Positions 1-11,138 of a stretch of DNA of 64,000 nt are shown here, piece by piece. The stretch's first letter is position 1. Each line of letters starts with the position of its first letter. The translations under genes and the position numbers were made by a program. Origin of the DNA: Candidatus Heimdallarchaeum aukensis (GTDB taxonomy: Archaea; Asgardarchaeota; Heimdallarchaeia; Heimdallarchaeales; Heimdallarchaeaceae). A model generated the notes under the pieces. It was given only the letters and a program-made list of their open reading frames with translations, was not told the DNA's origin and made no database searches. Location of the stretch: assembly GCA_021513695.1 (NCBI GenBank), contig CP084166.1:1568001-1632000 (forward strand), read 5' to 3'.

Positions 1-283
1 CTCCACCAGTTAAACCTAAGAATGCAAGATCAAAATCATATGTAACAGTAAGAGTACCTATAAAGACTATCCATTCTTCATTCTTTATATTAACTTTAAT
101 ACCTAATTTGTCCAAATATTGAGCAATGTAAAGACCATAATCAGGAAGATAACCACTACCACTAACTTTAAGGGTTAATACCGCAATTATATCAGCTTCA
201 GCTTTTGTATTTAAAGCATAAAATGAACTAGTTATCAAAAGAGTAGAGAGCAGAATTAGATTGTACAATTTTTTTTTCATTTT
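1..283 (-). CDS. N-terminal part of a secreted solute-binding-like protein (gene continues beyond the window start)
   Basis: Reverse-strand ATG at 280..278 followed by MKKKLYNLILLSTLLITSSFYALNT..., a signal-peptide-like hydrophobic segment. It is followed by ...YIAQYLDKLGIKVNIKNEEW...YDFDLAFLGLTGG, resembling solute-binding-protein motifs. Open to the window edge. Confidence 0.3.
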
Positions 284-945
284 TATACCTCTATTTTATT
301 TATCTATTGATGTAAGGTTAAAATTACTAATCAATAATTACAACCCTTCTTCTCTACAAAATATAGAATTTTAACCGATACATCGTCAACTTATATCCAA
401 AGACACTTATAATAATATCGACAAATAGGTATTTTTTGAAAAGAATCATTTTTTATGTAGAAAAAAATTAAATAAATTTTAACAAAGATAAGCAAACAAA
501 AATGATAGAACTAACCAACAATTTTTAGTTTGCCTTTAAAAATAAAAATACTACCTATTCCAGAGATTACCAGCATAAATAAAGCTCCGATAAACCAATC
601 AAAATTTGTTGTATCTTTTAGATATTGTAACAAGAAGATGACAAAAAGAGTACTAAATACTGCATCAAACAAGACCATATTCAAGAAGATGTTACTAAAA
701 CTAGGTTTCTGGGAATCGTTTCCTAATGAATCTTTCTTTAACTCATTCATAGTTTTCACTTCCTAAGGAAAGGTTTTTCGTCTCTTCTTCTATTGAAGCG
801 TAAAACTATTAATTATTTTCTGTGAAAATATTAATGAAAAATTAAATTATTGCTTGGTTTCATTAATTTCATGTTTGAGCGAGAAAAGTAATGGTAGTGG
901 TTTCTTCTTTATGTAAATTGTATCTCTAACAATAATTCTATGATT

Positions 946-2148
946 TCATTTTTTTAGTGTTTTAATAATTGTTACAGGAAGATGGTAGAGTACTTTTCTT
1001 AAAAACCTTCCATAGTCTAATATTCCCATTATCATCTTACCTACTAAGTCAGCTAATTTATCATCTTTAATAGCTAAATTGACAATTAGCTCCATTCTTC
1101 TCAAAGTTTTATATAGAAAGTTTTGGAGAAATAGCCCTGTTTTGCTTAAATCTTTACCAAAATCTTTCATCCACTTTTTCTGATAAGCTTTCAACGGTTT
1201 ACCATATTTTTTATTGTTGTATATAGCTTCTGCAGCAAATTTTCCTCCAGAAATACAATAATATAGTCCTTCACCTGTTACTGGACTAACAAATCCTGCA
1301 GCATCACCTACTAGCAAGAGTTTATGAAAAACGGATTTTTTTACAGGTTTCTTAAAAACTAGTGTATAGGACTTTGCTTTGGCTAATTTGATACCAGAGG
1401 GAATAAGATTCATTCCTTTTAACTGTTCAACAAATCGTTCATATACATTTTTTGGGCCAGTTTCTTTAATATCGACCCATGTAGCTCCAATACCGATGTT
1501 GATGTAACCTTTTTTGATGAAATACCACCCATACCCTCTGGGAACAACTCCAAAAAAGATTTGCAAGCTAGTCTTTTCTATACCTAAATCAGCTAATAAT
1601 TTCTGTTCGATTTCAGTTTCTGAATTAACACATATAGCGAGATAACCCTCTGGCCAGCGAGATCTAATACCCAGAGAACGAATTAACTTATTATTTTGAA
1701 CTCCTGTGGCAAGAATAACATAATTTGCAGTGATTATTCTTTTTGTGGTGACAATAGTGTATATATCATTATTGGAATCATGTTTTATTTCTAGAACTGC
1801 TTCACCATCAAAAATTATAACACCTTGTTCTTGAGCGTCACGAGCCATAGCTTCATCAAACTGTTCTCTAATAACAAAATAACCTTTGTTGCCCCTATTA
1901 ATGAAATGTTTAAGAGACGGTGAATAGATAGTAATATTGTCTATTGAACAATTAATAGACTGTTTGGCTTTTTCACCTAATAAGGATAAAGTTCTATAAG
2001 ATAAAGCTCCACCACAAGGTTTGTCTCTGGGATAAGCCTTTTTTTCAAATAAAATGGTTTTCAGGCCCATTTTTGCACAATAATAAGCTGATGAAGAACC
2101 AGCAGGCCCTCCTCCAATAATCGCAACATCATATAATTCGTTTGACAC
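946..2148 (-). CDS. FAD-dependent geranylgeranyl reductase family (archaeal lipid saturase)
   Basis: N-terminal dinucleotide-binding motif YDVAIIGGGPAGSSSA plus the KPCGGALS motif typical of digeranylgeranylglycerophospholipid reductases. About 400 aa. Confidence 0.85.
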   Translation of the reverse strand: MSNELYDVAIIGGGPAGSSSAYYCAKMGLKTILFEKKAYPRDKPCGGALSYRTLSLLGEKAKQSINCSIDNITIYSPSLKHFINRGNKGYFVIREQFDEAMARDAQEQGVIIFDGEAVLEIKHDSNNDIYTIVTTKRIITANYVILATGVQNNKLIRSLGIRSRWPEGYLAICVNSETEIEQKLLADLGIEKTSLQIFFGVVPRGYGWYFIKKGYINIGIGATWVDIKETGPKNVYERFVEQLKGMNLIPSGIKLAKAKSYTLVFKKPVKKSVFHKLLLVGDAAGFVSPVTGEGLYYCISGGKFAAEAIYNNKKYGKPLKAYQKKWMKDFGKDLSKTGLFLQNFLYKTLRRMELIVNLAIKDDKLADLVGKMIMGILDYGRFLRKVLYHLPVTIIKTLKK

Positions 2149-2592
2149 ACACTCAAAAAAAGCTAATATTTAAAAAAATTTGCTGTAACCAAAAGTAATT
2201 TCTAATTGATTATTGTTTCATGTTTTGTACAATAGATTAATCACTGTTGGGCAGGGTATTACAAAAACATTTACTTATACAGTTAAAATTAAGGTAAATG
2301 ATTATCTTGAATTGAAAGTTAAGCTTTCCTCTATCAGGGATTAAAATGGAATGCAGTTGCAAAGTTACATACGGAATTGTTTACTCTTATACAACTAAAT
2401 TATATATCAAAGACACTACACAAGACCTCGAATTCTATATTGAATCTGATGATATGCTGACATCCTCGTTTATCAATGACCCAATCTTCTGGTTTAGTCC
2501 AATGGAATAAAACAGCAGAGGTGATATAAATTAAGAAGAGATTAGAGTTCTTCATTTTTTTCTTTCTTTTATTATTTGCTTATAGTAGTAGT

Positions 2593-4575
2593 ATGAACAT
2601 GAGCAGAATTAATAGTCTTTATAAAATTGAAGGCAACAATTATAATAAATTAAAACATGAAAAGTATTCATTTATTACAGATAACAATTTTAGGGATAGT
2701 AATTATAAAGAAAAAATGAAACAAAAATTAAATAATAACCAGCTGAATAAAAAAATAAAATCAGAAATAAGTTTTGATGTGGTTTTTGATAAAGATTGGG
2801 TAATTAATGAATCAATTACAGTTGTAGGAAAAACTATATTACTAAAAGGAAATCTAATTGTAAACTCAACAGGGAATATCACAATAGAGAATTCAATTTT
2901 AATATTTAACTCTTCGTGGATAGTTAATAATGGAAATCTTGTAGAAGAAGCTTTACAGATTAGAATTCTTGGAGGTAAAACTATTTTTATTAATACTACA
3001 ATATCAGTTTTAGTTCCATTTGTAGAATTAAGTTATAATCAAATACGTAATAATTACTTTACGATAAGCGCAGAAAAATCTTCCCAGTTGTACTTTATAA
3101 ACAGCGAATTGAAACATTTAGGAATTATAGATAACATAAATAGTGGGATAAATGTTAACCAAATAAGTGAGTTAAAACTAGAAAATTGTAATATTAATGC
3201 ATTATGGGGAATTCTTTATGCTAATAATACAGACAGAATCGTAATCAATAATTGCAAATTAAACTCAAGCTTGAGGGGAGATATGAGATTTGGAACAAAT
3301 TATACCATGGTAACTCTAAATGGTGGAATTGAACATATAATTACACACAACAATTTCTTTAGAAATGAGGAAACAAAGTCTATAGAATATTCAGAAGAAA
3401 AAATAGACAGGCTTGTTATCTTGAATTCAAAGAACAGTATTATTTCAGAAAACACATTTAAACAAGCAAGATCTTATGATAATTCCTTTGGTCTAAATGT
3501 TAGAAACTGCACTTCAACGATAATTAATAACAATAAGGGACCATCAATGCACATGCATTTAAAAGATTCTAGAAATATTACAATAACACAAAATCACTTT
3601 GGGCAACTAATGGTTCATAATACCTGCGAATTGTTACTTAAATTCAACATAGCTGAAAATCTGGAACTCGCTAACTGTTCTTATATAAACGTCAATTACA
3701 ATATTTTTAATGCTACAAAGGAAAGAATCTATGATATAGGATCTTGCGTTTTTCTAATGGGTTCAAATGAATATATTAATATTTCATGTAACATTAATGC
3801 AGTACCTATTTTGGAAAGTTCATTTTATACAATAACAGCAGAAATAAAGAACAGTTTCTTTTATATGAATAATCAAGTTGGCCCCATATATATAAATGAT
3901 TATCCAGATTTCTATGAGAAAGTGTTTAATTTCTCAATAGAAAATAAAAGAGAAATAGTAATAGAATACCCAAAACTATCAGTAAATCAATATTACAGTT
4001 ATAACAGTCAAGGTAATTTCTATTCAGCCGATATACAAGCAAGTTTAGAAAATATATTAGAAGATTTTAACAACGATGGTATAGGAGATGCATCCTTTCC
4101 AGTATCGTCCGTTCCTATAATAATGGATGAAAATCCATTAATGTTCCCCATTACGTTTAATAATAATTTCGATCAAAAAGCCCCAACTCTTAATCATAAA
4201 AATTATTTTCCAGGGGGCGATAATTCTATTTATGATACCATCTATGCTAGTGTAACTGACAATTTTATGTTGGCTACAATTGTAGTAGCTTATGATTTAG
4301 GTTCATCTGGTTCATGGACTTTTAAGACTATGATAAAGGATGAATTTACAGGAGAATTTATTGCAAAAATTCCTAAATTGACACAAGGGATAAATCAATA
4401 CTACTTTATTGTATGTGATATTTTTGGTAACGAAGCGAAAAGCGAAATTTATACTTATAAGGTTCCAATTATTACTTCACAGATTTCATGGCAAATCTTG
4501 AATTCCTTTCTAGGAGTATTACTTTTGATTTTTTATCTGAAAAAAACTAAACTCAAAAGGGTTCAAAAATGTTAA
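2593..4575 (+). CDS. Right-handed parallel beta-helix repeat surface protein with a C-terminal transmembrane anchor
   Basis: Many N-x-S/T sequons and repeated hydrophobic-Asn-rich beta-helix-like repeats. C-terminal hydrophobic stretch LGVLLLIFYL followed by basic residues. No enzyme motif recognised. Confidence 0.4.
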   Translation: MNMSRINSLYKIEGNNYNKLKHEKYSFITDNNFRDSNYKEKMKQKLNNNQLNKKIKSEISFDVVFDKDWVINESITVVGKTILLKGNLIVNSTGNITIENSILIFNSSWIVNNGNLVEEALQIRILGGKTIFINTTISVLVPFVELSYNQIRNNYFTISAEKSSQLYFINSELKHLGIIDNINSGINVNQISELKLENCNINALWGILYANNTDRIVINNCKLNSSLRGDMRFGTNYTMVTLNGGIEHIITHNNFFRNEETKSIEYSEEKIDRLVILNSKNSIISENTFKQARSYDNSFGLNVRNCTSTIINNNKGPSMHMHLKDSRNITITQNHFGQLMVHNTCELLLKFNIAENLELANCSYINVNYNIFNATKERIYDIGSCVFLMGSNEYINISCNINAVPILESSFYTITAEIKNSFFYMNNQVGPIYINDYPDFYEKVFNFSIENKREIVIEYPKLSVNQYYSYNSQGNFYSADIQASLENILEDFNNDGIGDASFPVSSVPIIMDENPLMFPITFNNNFDQKAPTLNHKNYFPGGDNSIYDTIYASVTDNFMLATIVVAYDLGSSGSWTFKTMIKDEFTGEFIAKIPKLTQGINQYYFIVCDIFGNEAKSEIYTYKVPIITSQISWQILNSFLGVLLLIFYLKKTKLKRVQKC

Positions 4576-4825
4576 ACATTTTATTTTTTTCTCTTAGACA
4601 GAACAATAAGAAAGAAAACTCAAACTCTTCAAGGTTAAGATGAATTGCGTAGTAAGCATACTAAAAGATTCATATAATATAATAAAGAAACAGCAGACTC
4701 TCCACCAATAATCCAACATCTAATTCATTTGTCATAAACCCAAAAAAAGTTATGGAAAAATTGTTATAAATAAAAATTACTAGTTAATCATTGTTTCACA
4801 ATTTTATGTTATAGATTTTGTTAGA

Positions 4826-5425
4826 TTAAGTTAAATGATCGGTATTATTGAATTGGCTAATATAAAAGAGACCATTCTCATAAACTATCTTTGAGATTGA
4901 ACTTGGTTTAGGGTAAACTCGCCAAAAGTTGGATGGGTGAGTTCTAGTAATATAAACAAATATTAAATTTATTACTGCTCCGTGAGTAACGAGAACAACA
5001 ACTTTTTCGTCTTGTTTTTCAAGTCGCTTAAACAATCTGTGAATTCGATCTAAAACTGTGTAAAATGTTTCTCCATTAGGAATAATAAAATCGTGTGGAT
5101 TAGAAAACCATTTTTCTTTCTCTTCTCCTACAAAAATTTCATCAAAGGTTTTTCCTTCCCAATCACCAAAAGACATGTCTAACAAATAAGGCTCTTCCTT
5201 AAAAATAGCTTTAGGATGATGGACTTTTATTTTCTCTGCTGACACTCTTGTTCTAGAAAGTTTACTATAATAAATAGCTTCTACAGGAACTTTAGCAAGA
5301 GCTTGTCCTGTTTCTTCTGCATGTTTAATTCCTAATTCAGATAGTGGGATGTCTTTTCTCCCTCTAAATCTAATAGCACCGACATTATAATCTGTTTCCC
5401 CGTGTCTTACTACGTATATTTCCAT
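4826..5425 (-). CDS. Histidine phosphatase superfamily (phosphoglycerate mutase-like) protein
   Basis: N-terminal VVRHGETDYN (RHG catalytic motif) and later VTHGAVI. About 200 aa. Confidence 0.8.
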   Translation of the reverse strand: MEIYVVRHGETDYNVGAIRFRGRKDIPLSELGIKHAEETGQALAKVPVEAIYYSKLSRTRVSAEKIKVHHPKAIFKEEPYLLDMSFGDWEGKTFDEIFVGEEKEKWFSNPHDFIIPNGETFYTVLDRIHRLFKRLEKQDEKVVVLVTHGAVINLIFVYITRTHPSNFWRVYPKPSSISKIVYENGLFYISQFNNTDHLT

Positions 5426-5616
5426 TTTTAACGCAATTATTCAGAATATGCAATAGAAAAATGTTTCTCACCGAGTATTAACCAAATGGTTAAAGCTAAG
5501 AAAAACCATATACCTTCTTATATATAGACCCATCTAATAACTTACATTATTAGATGATAGGCGAACTTATGTCTACAACAATTAAGTTAAAATTATGAAG
5601 AGATAAAGAATTTCAC

Positions 5617-6045
5617 ATGGGAAAATATCGATTGCTTGAAGAGGAGACCACTGGTGATTTTGCATTTGAAGCATATGGTTCTTCTTTAGGAGAATTGTTT
5701 AAGTATGCAGGGTTAGCTACAATGAGTGCAATGGTCGACATTTCTCAACTTAAAGGAGACCAAGAATACTCATTCGAAATAGAATCGTCTAATCTTCAAA
5801 TGCTTCTTTATGAATTTCTCTCCGAAATAATCTTTGTTAAAGATGTGGAGATGGTATTTTTTACAGATTTTGAAATTGAGATAATAGAAAACAGTGGTTA
5901 TAAACTTCTTTGTAAAGCAAAAACAACGCCAATAGATAGTTTAAAACAAGACCACTTTACTGATGTAAAAGCTGCAACTATGCACCATTTAGTTGTAGAA
6001 AAACAGGGTACACAATGGTATTGTAAAGCAATTCTGGATCTCTAG
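5617..6045 (+). CDS. Archease (tRNA-splicing ligase/RNA-modification accessory factor)
   Basis: 142 aa. Overall pattern FEAYGSSLGELFKYAGLA...IESSNLQMLLYEFLSEII...DVKAATMHHLVVEKQGTQWYCKAILDL matches archease family conservation. Confidence 0.8.
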   Translation: MGKYRLLEEETTGDFAFEAYGSSLGELFKYAGLATMSAMVDISQLKGDQEYSFEIESSNLQMLLYEFLSEIIFVKDVEMVFFTDFEIEIIENSGYKLLCKAKTTPIDSLKQDHFTDVKAATMHHLVVEKQGTQWYCKAILDL

Positions 6046-6123
6046 TCTCAACTTTCTTATGAAATTTTATTATTTTTAAAAAATCTAGTTATTGGAACTA
6101 AAAAAGGGTAAAGAATAAGGATA

Positions 6124-6606
6124 TTACACTATCCTTTGTTTTCCTCCAGGAGGATTAATGAAAAATACTGTTAATAGTAATAGAAATATCCCTACAGATT
6201 CCTTAAATGTTACATTATTTACAATGTCTTGTGGTAATCCTTCTCTAAAGGCTGTAATTGCCTGGAAGCCAAAAAACACTATAAAGAGTTGTATAAAGAA
6301 ATATAGTATAACTGTGATAAATGCTCCTCTTATTAGATATCTCAAAAGTTTTCTATCTTCAGCTCTTCTTACTCTACTTAACAAATAATCTGTTACTAAT
6401 AATGATGAAGCTGTTAACACTATTGCACCAAATAGTGGAAAAGCAATTACTAAGCTAATATATCCTACCTGATTTAGTTGCACAATTTCACTGAGATAAT
6501 AATAGTGTGGTAATTGTGCAATCATGGATATTCCAAATAAGATTAAAATACTAGGTAAAGCTGCTTCTTTGTTCCAAAATCTTGATTGTTCACTCATAGC
6601 TTTCAT
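6124..6606 (-). CDS. Hypothetical polytopic membrane protein
   Basis: Four or more hydrophobic helices. No recognisable motif. Confidence 0.3.
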   Translation of the reverse strand: MKAMSEQSRFWNKEAALPSILILFGISMIAQLPHYYYLSEIVQLNQVGYISLVIAFPLFGAIVLTASSLLVTDYLLSRVRRAEDRKLLRYLIRGAFITVILYFFIQLFIVFFGFQAITAFREGLPQDIVNNVTFKESVGIFLLLLTVFFINPPGGKQRIV

Positions 6607-6679
6607 TCCTTAACATTAGGGATGCTTTTGCTATAATCAACAGTGTTTTTTTTAACTTTTCTGTTCAAGTTTCTATTAG

Positions 6680-8311
6680 TTAATGCATATCTTCCTCAAA
6701 AGAATAACCTTTTTCTATTCTAAATTCGCAGTAATTGTATCCTGTTCCATGACATTTTGTTTCTGTAACAATTGGTGGGTCTTTCAGCAGTAATGCTAGT
6801 CTTCCTGCAATGTATCCTGAAGTGAAGTCACACAGCGTTTCACCTTTGCTTTCTCCATCTTCGGTAAGATTTATTCCAGAGGAATAGGCATTTTCATAGA
6901 TTCTAATGTACATTTCATCTTCGTCCTCCCCATCTATGACTTCAACAAAAGAATACTCTCTTTTTAGGATATTTGTAGGATGAGTGAGATAAAGTTTCAA
7001 GATTTCAACTGCTTTTTTTAGCGATTCGATAGGTAAACTTTCTTCTTCTAGTACATCGTAAATTATTGTTTTACCTGGTCCAATTACACCCAACTCTCTT
7101 CCTGCAGAGTATAGTAGAGCTCCACAGAATTTATCTCTGAACTTAAGTGACATTATCTGTTGTTGTAAGATGCTTATATGCACGTAATCCACGTCATTTG
7201 GTCGTAAAGCGTTAGTCATAAGTAAAGATTCAAATCCATTTTGACTTGTTTCATGAATTAGTTCAAAAAACATTTGCTTACGATATTCTGATTTCGGAAG
7301 ATCTCCTAAGTACTGAATGTTCTTTTTACTTTCATCAATTTCTTTTACTTTATATGGAGCTTTTCCTGGTTCTTTTCCTATATATACCTCAATCTCAAAT
7401 TCACAGTAAGGATCGCCAAGCCCTTTGCACTTTGTTTCCACAACAGATGTAGCAGAACCAGTCATTGCTTCAACCGTACCTGCAATTTTTCCTGCAGTAA
7501 AGTGACACAAAGGTTCTCCTACGTTAATTACTCCAGAAACAGTACAAAGATCATGAATTCTAAGTGTAGCCTTATAATTTTCAATACTTGCTATATCACA
7601 GTGAGTAGCTTGATAAATTGGAACATCGCTATTATGACTATACAATTTGGCTAATGCGATTAGAACTTCTTGAAAACGTTCTTCTGGATTTACAGCTTGA
7701 ACATTAGGATTAAGCACTGTTAGATAGTAAGGGTCTGCACCATAAATCCCTAATTCTCTTCCACTTTGATAAAGTAATTGAGGTACTAATGGGTCTAAAG
7801 CGAGTAATGATAAAACAACTTGCTGATATACGCTGATATGGCAATAATCCCCGATAGTTTTTCGAACAATATTCTGAGAAATGAGAGAAGAGATGGTATT
7901 TTTTGTAAGAACCATCATACTTTCTTTTCTCTGAGTTTTTTTATCAGAAGCTACCATCAAAGGAAGAATATGACTCCACAATTTGTCTTTGATATCGTCT
8001 TCAGTTATCATCCCTTGTGCAATTACGCTGTCATTCATCATAATAACAGGTACTGACATTACATTATATTGAGAAGCAATCTCAGGTTCCTCTGTTATGT
8101 CTACTTTTGTTACACTCACAAGATTTTTTAGAGAGGTCCCTGCTACTTGCTCTACAACATGTTCTACAGATGGGCACGCAAAACATGTAGGGCTTGTAAA
8201 TAGTAATAATCGAACCTTAGATTGCATTTCTTCTTCTGACATAGTAACCGCATTTACAAATTTCTTAATACTTATTATTCGTTTATATTGAAAAAGATTT
8301 CTTCGATGCAA
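6680..8311 (-). CDS. Thioredoxin-like domain fused to two V4R (4-vinyl reductase type) ligand-binding modules
   Basis: N-terminal ...LLLFTSPTCFACPSVEH... (CxxC thioredoxin/glutaredoxin-like fold). Two repeats ending in V4R-like signatures: CHFTAGKIAGTVEAM...ETKCKGLGDPYCEFEIE and CDFTSGYIAGRLALL...ETKCHGTGYNYCEFRIE. Confidence 0.55.
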   Translation of the reverse strand: MHRRNLFQYKRIISIKKFVNAVTMSEEEMQSKVRLLLFTSPTCFACPSVEHVVEQVAGTSLKNLVSVTKVDITEEPEIASQYNVMSVPVIMMNDSVIAQGMITEDDIKDKLWSHILPLMVASDKKTQRKESMMVLTKNTISSLISQNIVRKTIGDYCHISVYQQVVLSLLALDPLVPQLLYQSGRELGIYGADPYYLTVLNPNVQAVNPEERFQEVLIALAKLYSHNSDVPIYQATHCDIASIENYKATLRIHDLCTVSGVINVGEPLCHFTAGKIAGTVEAMTGSATSVVETKCKGLGDPYCEFEIEVYIGKEPGKAPYKVKEIDESKKNIQYLGDLPKSEYRKQMFFELIHETSQNGFESLLMTNALRPNDVDYVHISILQQQIMSLKFRDKFCGALLYSAGRELGVIGPGKTIIYDVLEEESLPIESLKKAVEILKLYLTHPTNILKREYSFVEVIDGEDEDEMYIRIYENAYSSGINLTEDGESKGETLCDFTSGYIAGRLALLLKDPPIVTETKCHGTGYNYCEFRIEKGYSFEEDMH

Positions 8312-8488
8312 AAAAATCGAAAAGAAAAATAACAGACTAATCGGTCAATAAAACAATTTTTTATTATAAATAAAAAAAGACATATTTAAAATAAACATTT
8401 ATCCAATATTAATTTTAGAAATTTGAACTTTTCAGATAAAATTTTATTAATGACTAAAAAAAATGCACAAATGATTTGGTGAAAAAAC

Positions 8489-9694
8489 GTGACAGATATA
8501 ACCAAAATTGAACGAGTTGCAAAGTTGTTAAAAAGAGAAAGAAAACTGCGTCTAGCAAGATTAAATGATGTATATATGAGGCCTATTGAGGGTCCGACTG
8601 ATCGTCTTGTAACTAGCGAAAAAAAAGATTATATAATGTTAGGTAGCTATTCATATCTAGGTCTAATTAATCACCCAGAAATCAAAAAAGCAGCAAAAGA
8701 AGCTATTGATAAATATGGAACAGGGGCTGGAGGAGTAAGATTACTTACAGGAACACTGGATTTACACAAAAAACTTGAAAGAAAAATAGCTGAATTCAAG
8801 AATGCAGAGGATGCTGTAGTGTATTCAAGTGGTTATGTTACCAACGAAGCTATTTTATCTAGTATTTTTGGGAAAGGAGATCTTATTATTATTGACCGAT
8901 TTGCTCACGCAAGTATTTACAGTGGATGTACTCTTTCAAAAGCTGAATGGACAAGATTCCAACATAATGACATGGAAGATCTAGAAAGAGTTTTGAAAGA
9001 GAATAGAGAAAAATACGATAACATCGTTATTGCCGTCGATGGTGTTTACTCAATGGATGGAGATGTAGCTCATATGCCTGAAATTATCGAACTAGCAAAA
9101 GAATATGATGCTTTTACGATGGTTGATGAAGCACATGCCATTGGTGTTTTAGGTGAAACAGGAAGAGGAGTCGAAGAATATTTTGGATTGAAAAAAGATG
9201 ATATTGATATAAAAATGGGAACATTAAGTAAAGCCATTCCTTCTGTTGGCGGTTATATTACTGGAAAAAAAGAACTAATGACATTTTTAAGATACAGTTC
9301 TAATCCTTTTATTTTCTCCGCTGCTTTACCTCCACCTAGTGCTGCTGCAGCTTTAAAAGCTTTTGAAATCATAGAAAATGAACCAGAGCGAATAAAGCAG
9401 GTTCAGCATAATGCTAAAGAGTTCATAAAAGGTGTAAAAGAATTAGGCTTTGATACTCTAAAAAGCAAAGATACTGCCATTATTCCTGTTATTATAGGCC
9501 CAGAAGTAAAGACATTTCGCTTTGCACGAAAATTAGAAAAAGAAGGAATAATTGTTCCACCAGTCGTATATCCTGCTGTCCCTAGAGATGGGGGAAGATT
9601 AAGGTGCTGTGTAATGGCTACACATACAGAAGAAGACATGCAGAAAATACTAGAAAAATTTGAAAAAGTAGGAAAAGAATTAGAAGTAATATAA
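8489..9694 (+). CDS. PLP-dependent alpha-oxoamine synthase (8-amino-7-oxononanoate synthase / 2-amino-3-ketobutyrate CoA ligase family)
   Basis: 401 aa. Motifs SMDGD and GTLSKA (PLP lysine) are typical of BioF/Kbl-class enzymes. Confidence 0.85.
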   Translation: MTDITKIERVAKLLKRERKLRLARLNDVYMRPIEGPTDRLVTSEKKDYIMLGSYSYLGLINHPEIKKAAKEAIDKYGTGAGGVRLLTGTLDLHKKLERKIAEFKNAEDAVVYSSGYVTNEAILSSIFGKGDLIIIDRFAHASIYSGCTLSKAEWTRFQHNDMEDLERVLKENREKYDNIVIAVDGVYSMDGDVAHMPEIIELAKEYDAFTMVDEAHAIGVLGETGRGVEEYFGLKKDDIDIKMGTLSKAIPSVGGYITGKKELMTFLRYSSNPFIFSAALPPPSAAAALKAFEIIENEPERIKQVQHNAKEFIKGVKELGFDTLKSKDTAIIPVIIGPEVKTFRFARKLEKEGIIVPPVVYPAVPRDGGRLRCCVMATHTEEDMQKILEKFEKVGKELEVI

Positions 9695-10271
9695 ACTAAC
9701 TTTTTCTTTTCTTTAGTAATAAGTTCAGTCTACGTAAAGGAGAAGAAAAATTATTCCATTTTTTAAAGAATATACTACTTTCACCTTTTTAATTCAGATT
9801 GTAACTATCTGAATAAGCAAATAAAACAACTCCAATTGTGTTTCTAATAATTCTTCACATCTCTTTAGGTGCTTTAACACCAGTATGTCAGACATAAAAT
9901 AGGTAACAATTACAATGTCATCAATTATTAATACAGAATGGTATTTGTTATATTTCGAATTTTGCATATTAAAAAGGATTAAGTACGAAAAAATACATTT
10001 ACAAAAGACCTAATATTGACAAATGTTTTAATTGTGAAATACTGGATAACTAAAGAAAAAATCATAGAAAAACAAGAACATAATGAACTTAGTTACAAAT
10101 ATTTTTTTTATTGTAGATAACATTAGTAACGATCTAGTTACTACACAACTGGTATTTCAATGTGAGAAAAAAGTGAAAAGTATCTTTGTTTCTGTTATTT
10201 CAATTATTGAATTTGTTATCTTCATTAAACTAACTTGTAAAAAGCTCGAATATTAGAAAAAACAATTTAGT

Positions 10272-11138
10272 TTACACAAAAACTGATCGTAATTTGTAAA
10301 CTATACTAGAAAATGAAAGAACTTTTTTTCTACGAAGAATAGCTTCTCTTGTAAAAAGATCTACATAAGCAAAAAAACCATTTACTAAAGGACCAGGATT
10401 AATAAGCATAATATTTTTTTCAGTTTGAATAGCTTGTATTTCATGAATGTGCCCACAAAAAACAAAATCAAACAATAATGATTCAAAAATAAAAGAGGTG
10501 ATTTCTTGATTTCCTGCGTGATAGTTTCTTGAAGGAATTAGATCAATATGTGTATTCTTGGGGGGTTCATGGAAAAGACCAATAAATAGTTTATTTTCAT
10601 TCTTCTTTTTAAGAAGAAGAGCTTGTTCTTTTAGTTTAAGTAAATCTTTTCTTATAATGCTTATGTCTCTATTTGTAGGTGTTTGAACAGATGAGTATTC
10701 AGCTTTTTGGCAATACCCATACCCTAAAACAATAAATTTGTCATGCTCAACAATGCTTGATTCGATAAAAATTAAATTCGAATTTTGTTCTGTTTGTTTT
10801 TTAATATATGTAATTACTTCAGGAATATCTGTATTTCCGTGTGTAAAGAACACAGGTTTATTTAATCCACGCAGAAAATTCAGAATTTTCTTGGTTGTTT
10901 GTAATTGAAAATCAACAAATTCCTTATATTTTTCTCCAAATACAAGTTCCATGTATTTTTTTCTACTAATTCTTTTATATTTGATAATTGATTGAAAAAT
11001 AAGAGGTATACAAATAGTTCCTGCTATGTCTCCAGCAATAAAAATCACATCAACCTCTTCTAGTTCCTTTCTTAATCGTCTTAATAACTTTAATGACCCA
11101 TGAATATCCGCTATAACGATAGCTTTCAACTTACTCAC
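10272..11138 (-). CDS. Calcineurin-like metallophosphoesterase
   Basis: VIADIHGS...IFIAGDI... and later GHIHE metal-ligand motifs. Overlaps the hutH 3' end by 8 bp, suggesting co-transcription. Confidence 0.6.
   Translation of the reverse strand: MSKLKAIVIADIHGSLKLLRRLRKELEEVDVIFIAGDIAGTICIPLIFQSIIKYKRISRKKYMELVFGEKYKEFVDFQLQTTKKILNFLRGLNKPVFFTHGNTDIPEVITYIKKQTEQNSNLIFIESSIVEHDKFIVLGYGYCQKAEYSSVQTPTNRDISIIRKDLLKLKEQALLLKKKNENKLFIGLFHEPPKNTHIDLIPSRNYHAGNQEITSFIFESLLFDFVFCGHIHEIQAIQTEKNIMLINPGPLVNGFFAYVDLFTREAILRRKKVLSFSSIVYKLRSVFV

Noticed and set aside
530-766. 78-aa + strand ORF antisense to the 511..759 ORF. Similar antisense ORFs at 6158..6388, 7246..7452, 7820..8056, 8097..8291, 9403..9639, 12503..12685, 13589..13771, 14560..14955, 25377..25692, 26198..26428, 27548..27814, 28294..28497, 28812..29153, 32038..32538, 35595..35840, 39091..39666, 43333..43566, 47653..47970, 48902..49310, 50116..50445, 52500..52817, 54821..55373, 56079..56270 and 59148..59357.
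   Set aside because: Each lies entirely inside a longer ORF on the opposite strand that has clear family motifs. Their compositions are low-complexity, typical of reverse-frame artefacts in AT-rich DNA.
9695-10271. 576-bp ORF-free region checked for tRNA, CRISPR or structured RNA.
   Set aside because: Uniformly AT-rich with only a short hairpin (tcagat...atctga). No GC-rich stems or repeats. Most likely a promoter/spacer region for the flanking convergent/divergent genes.
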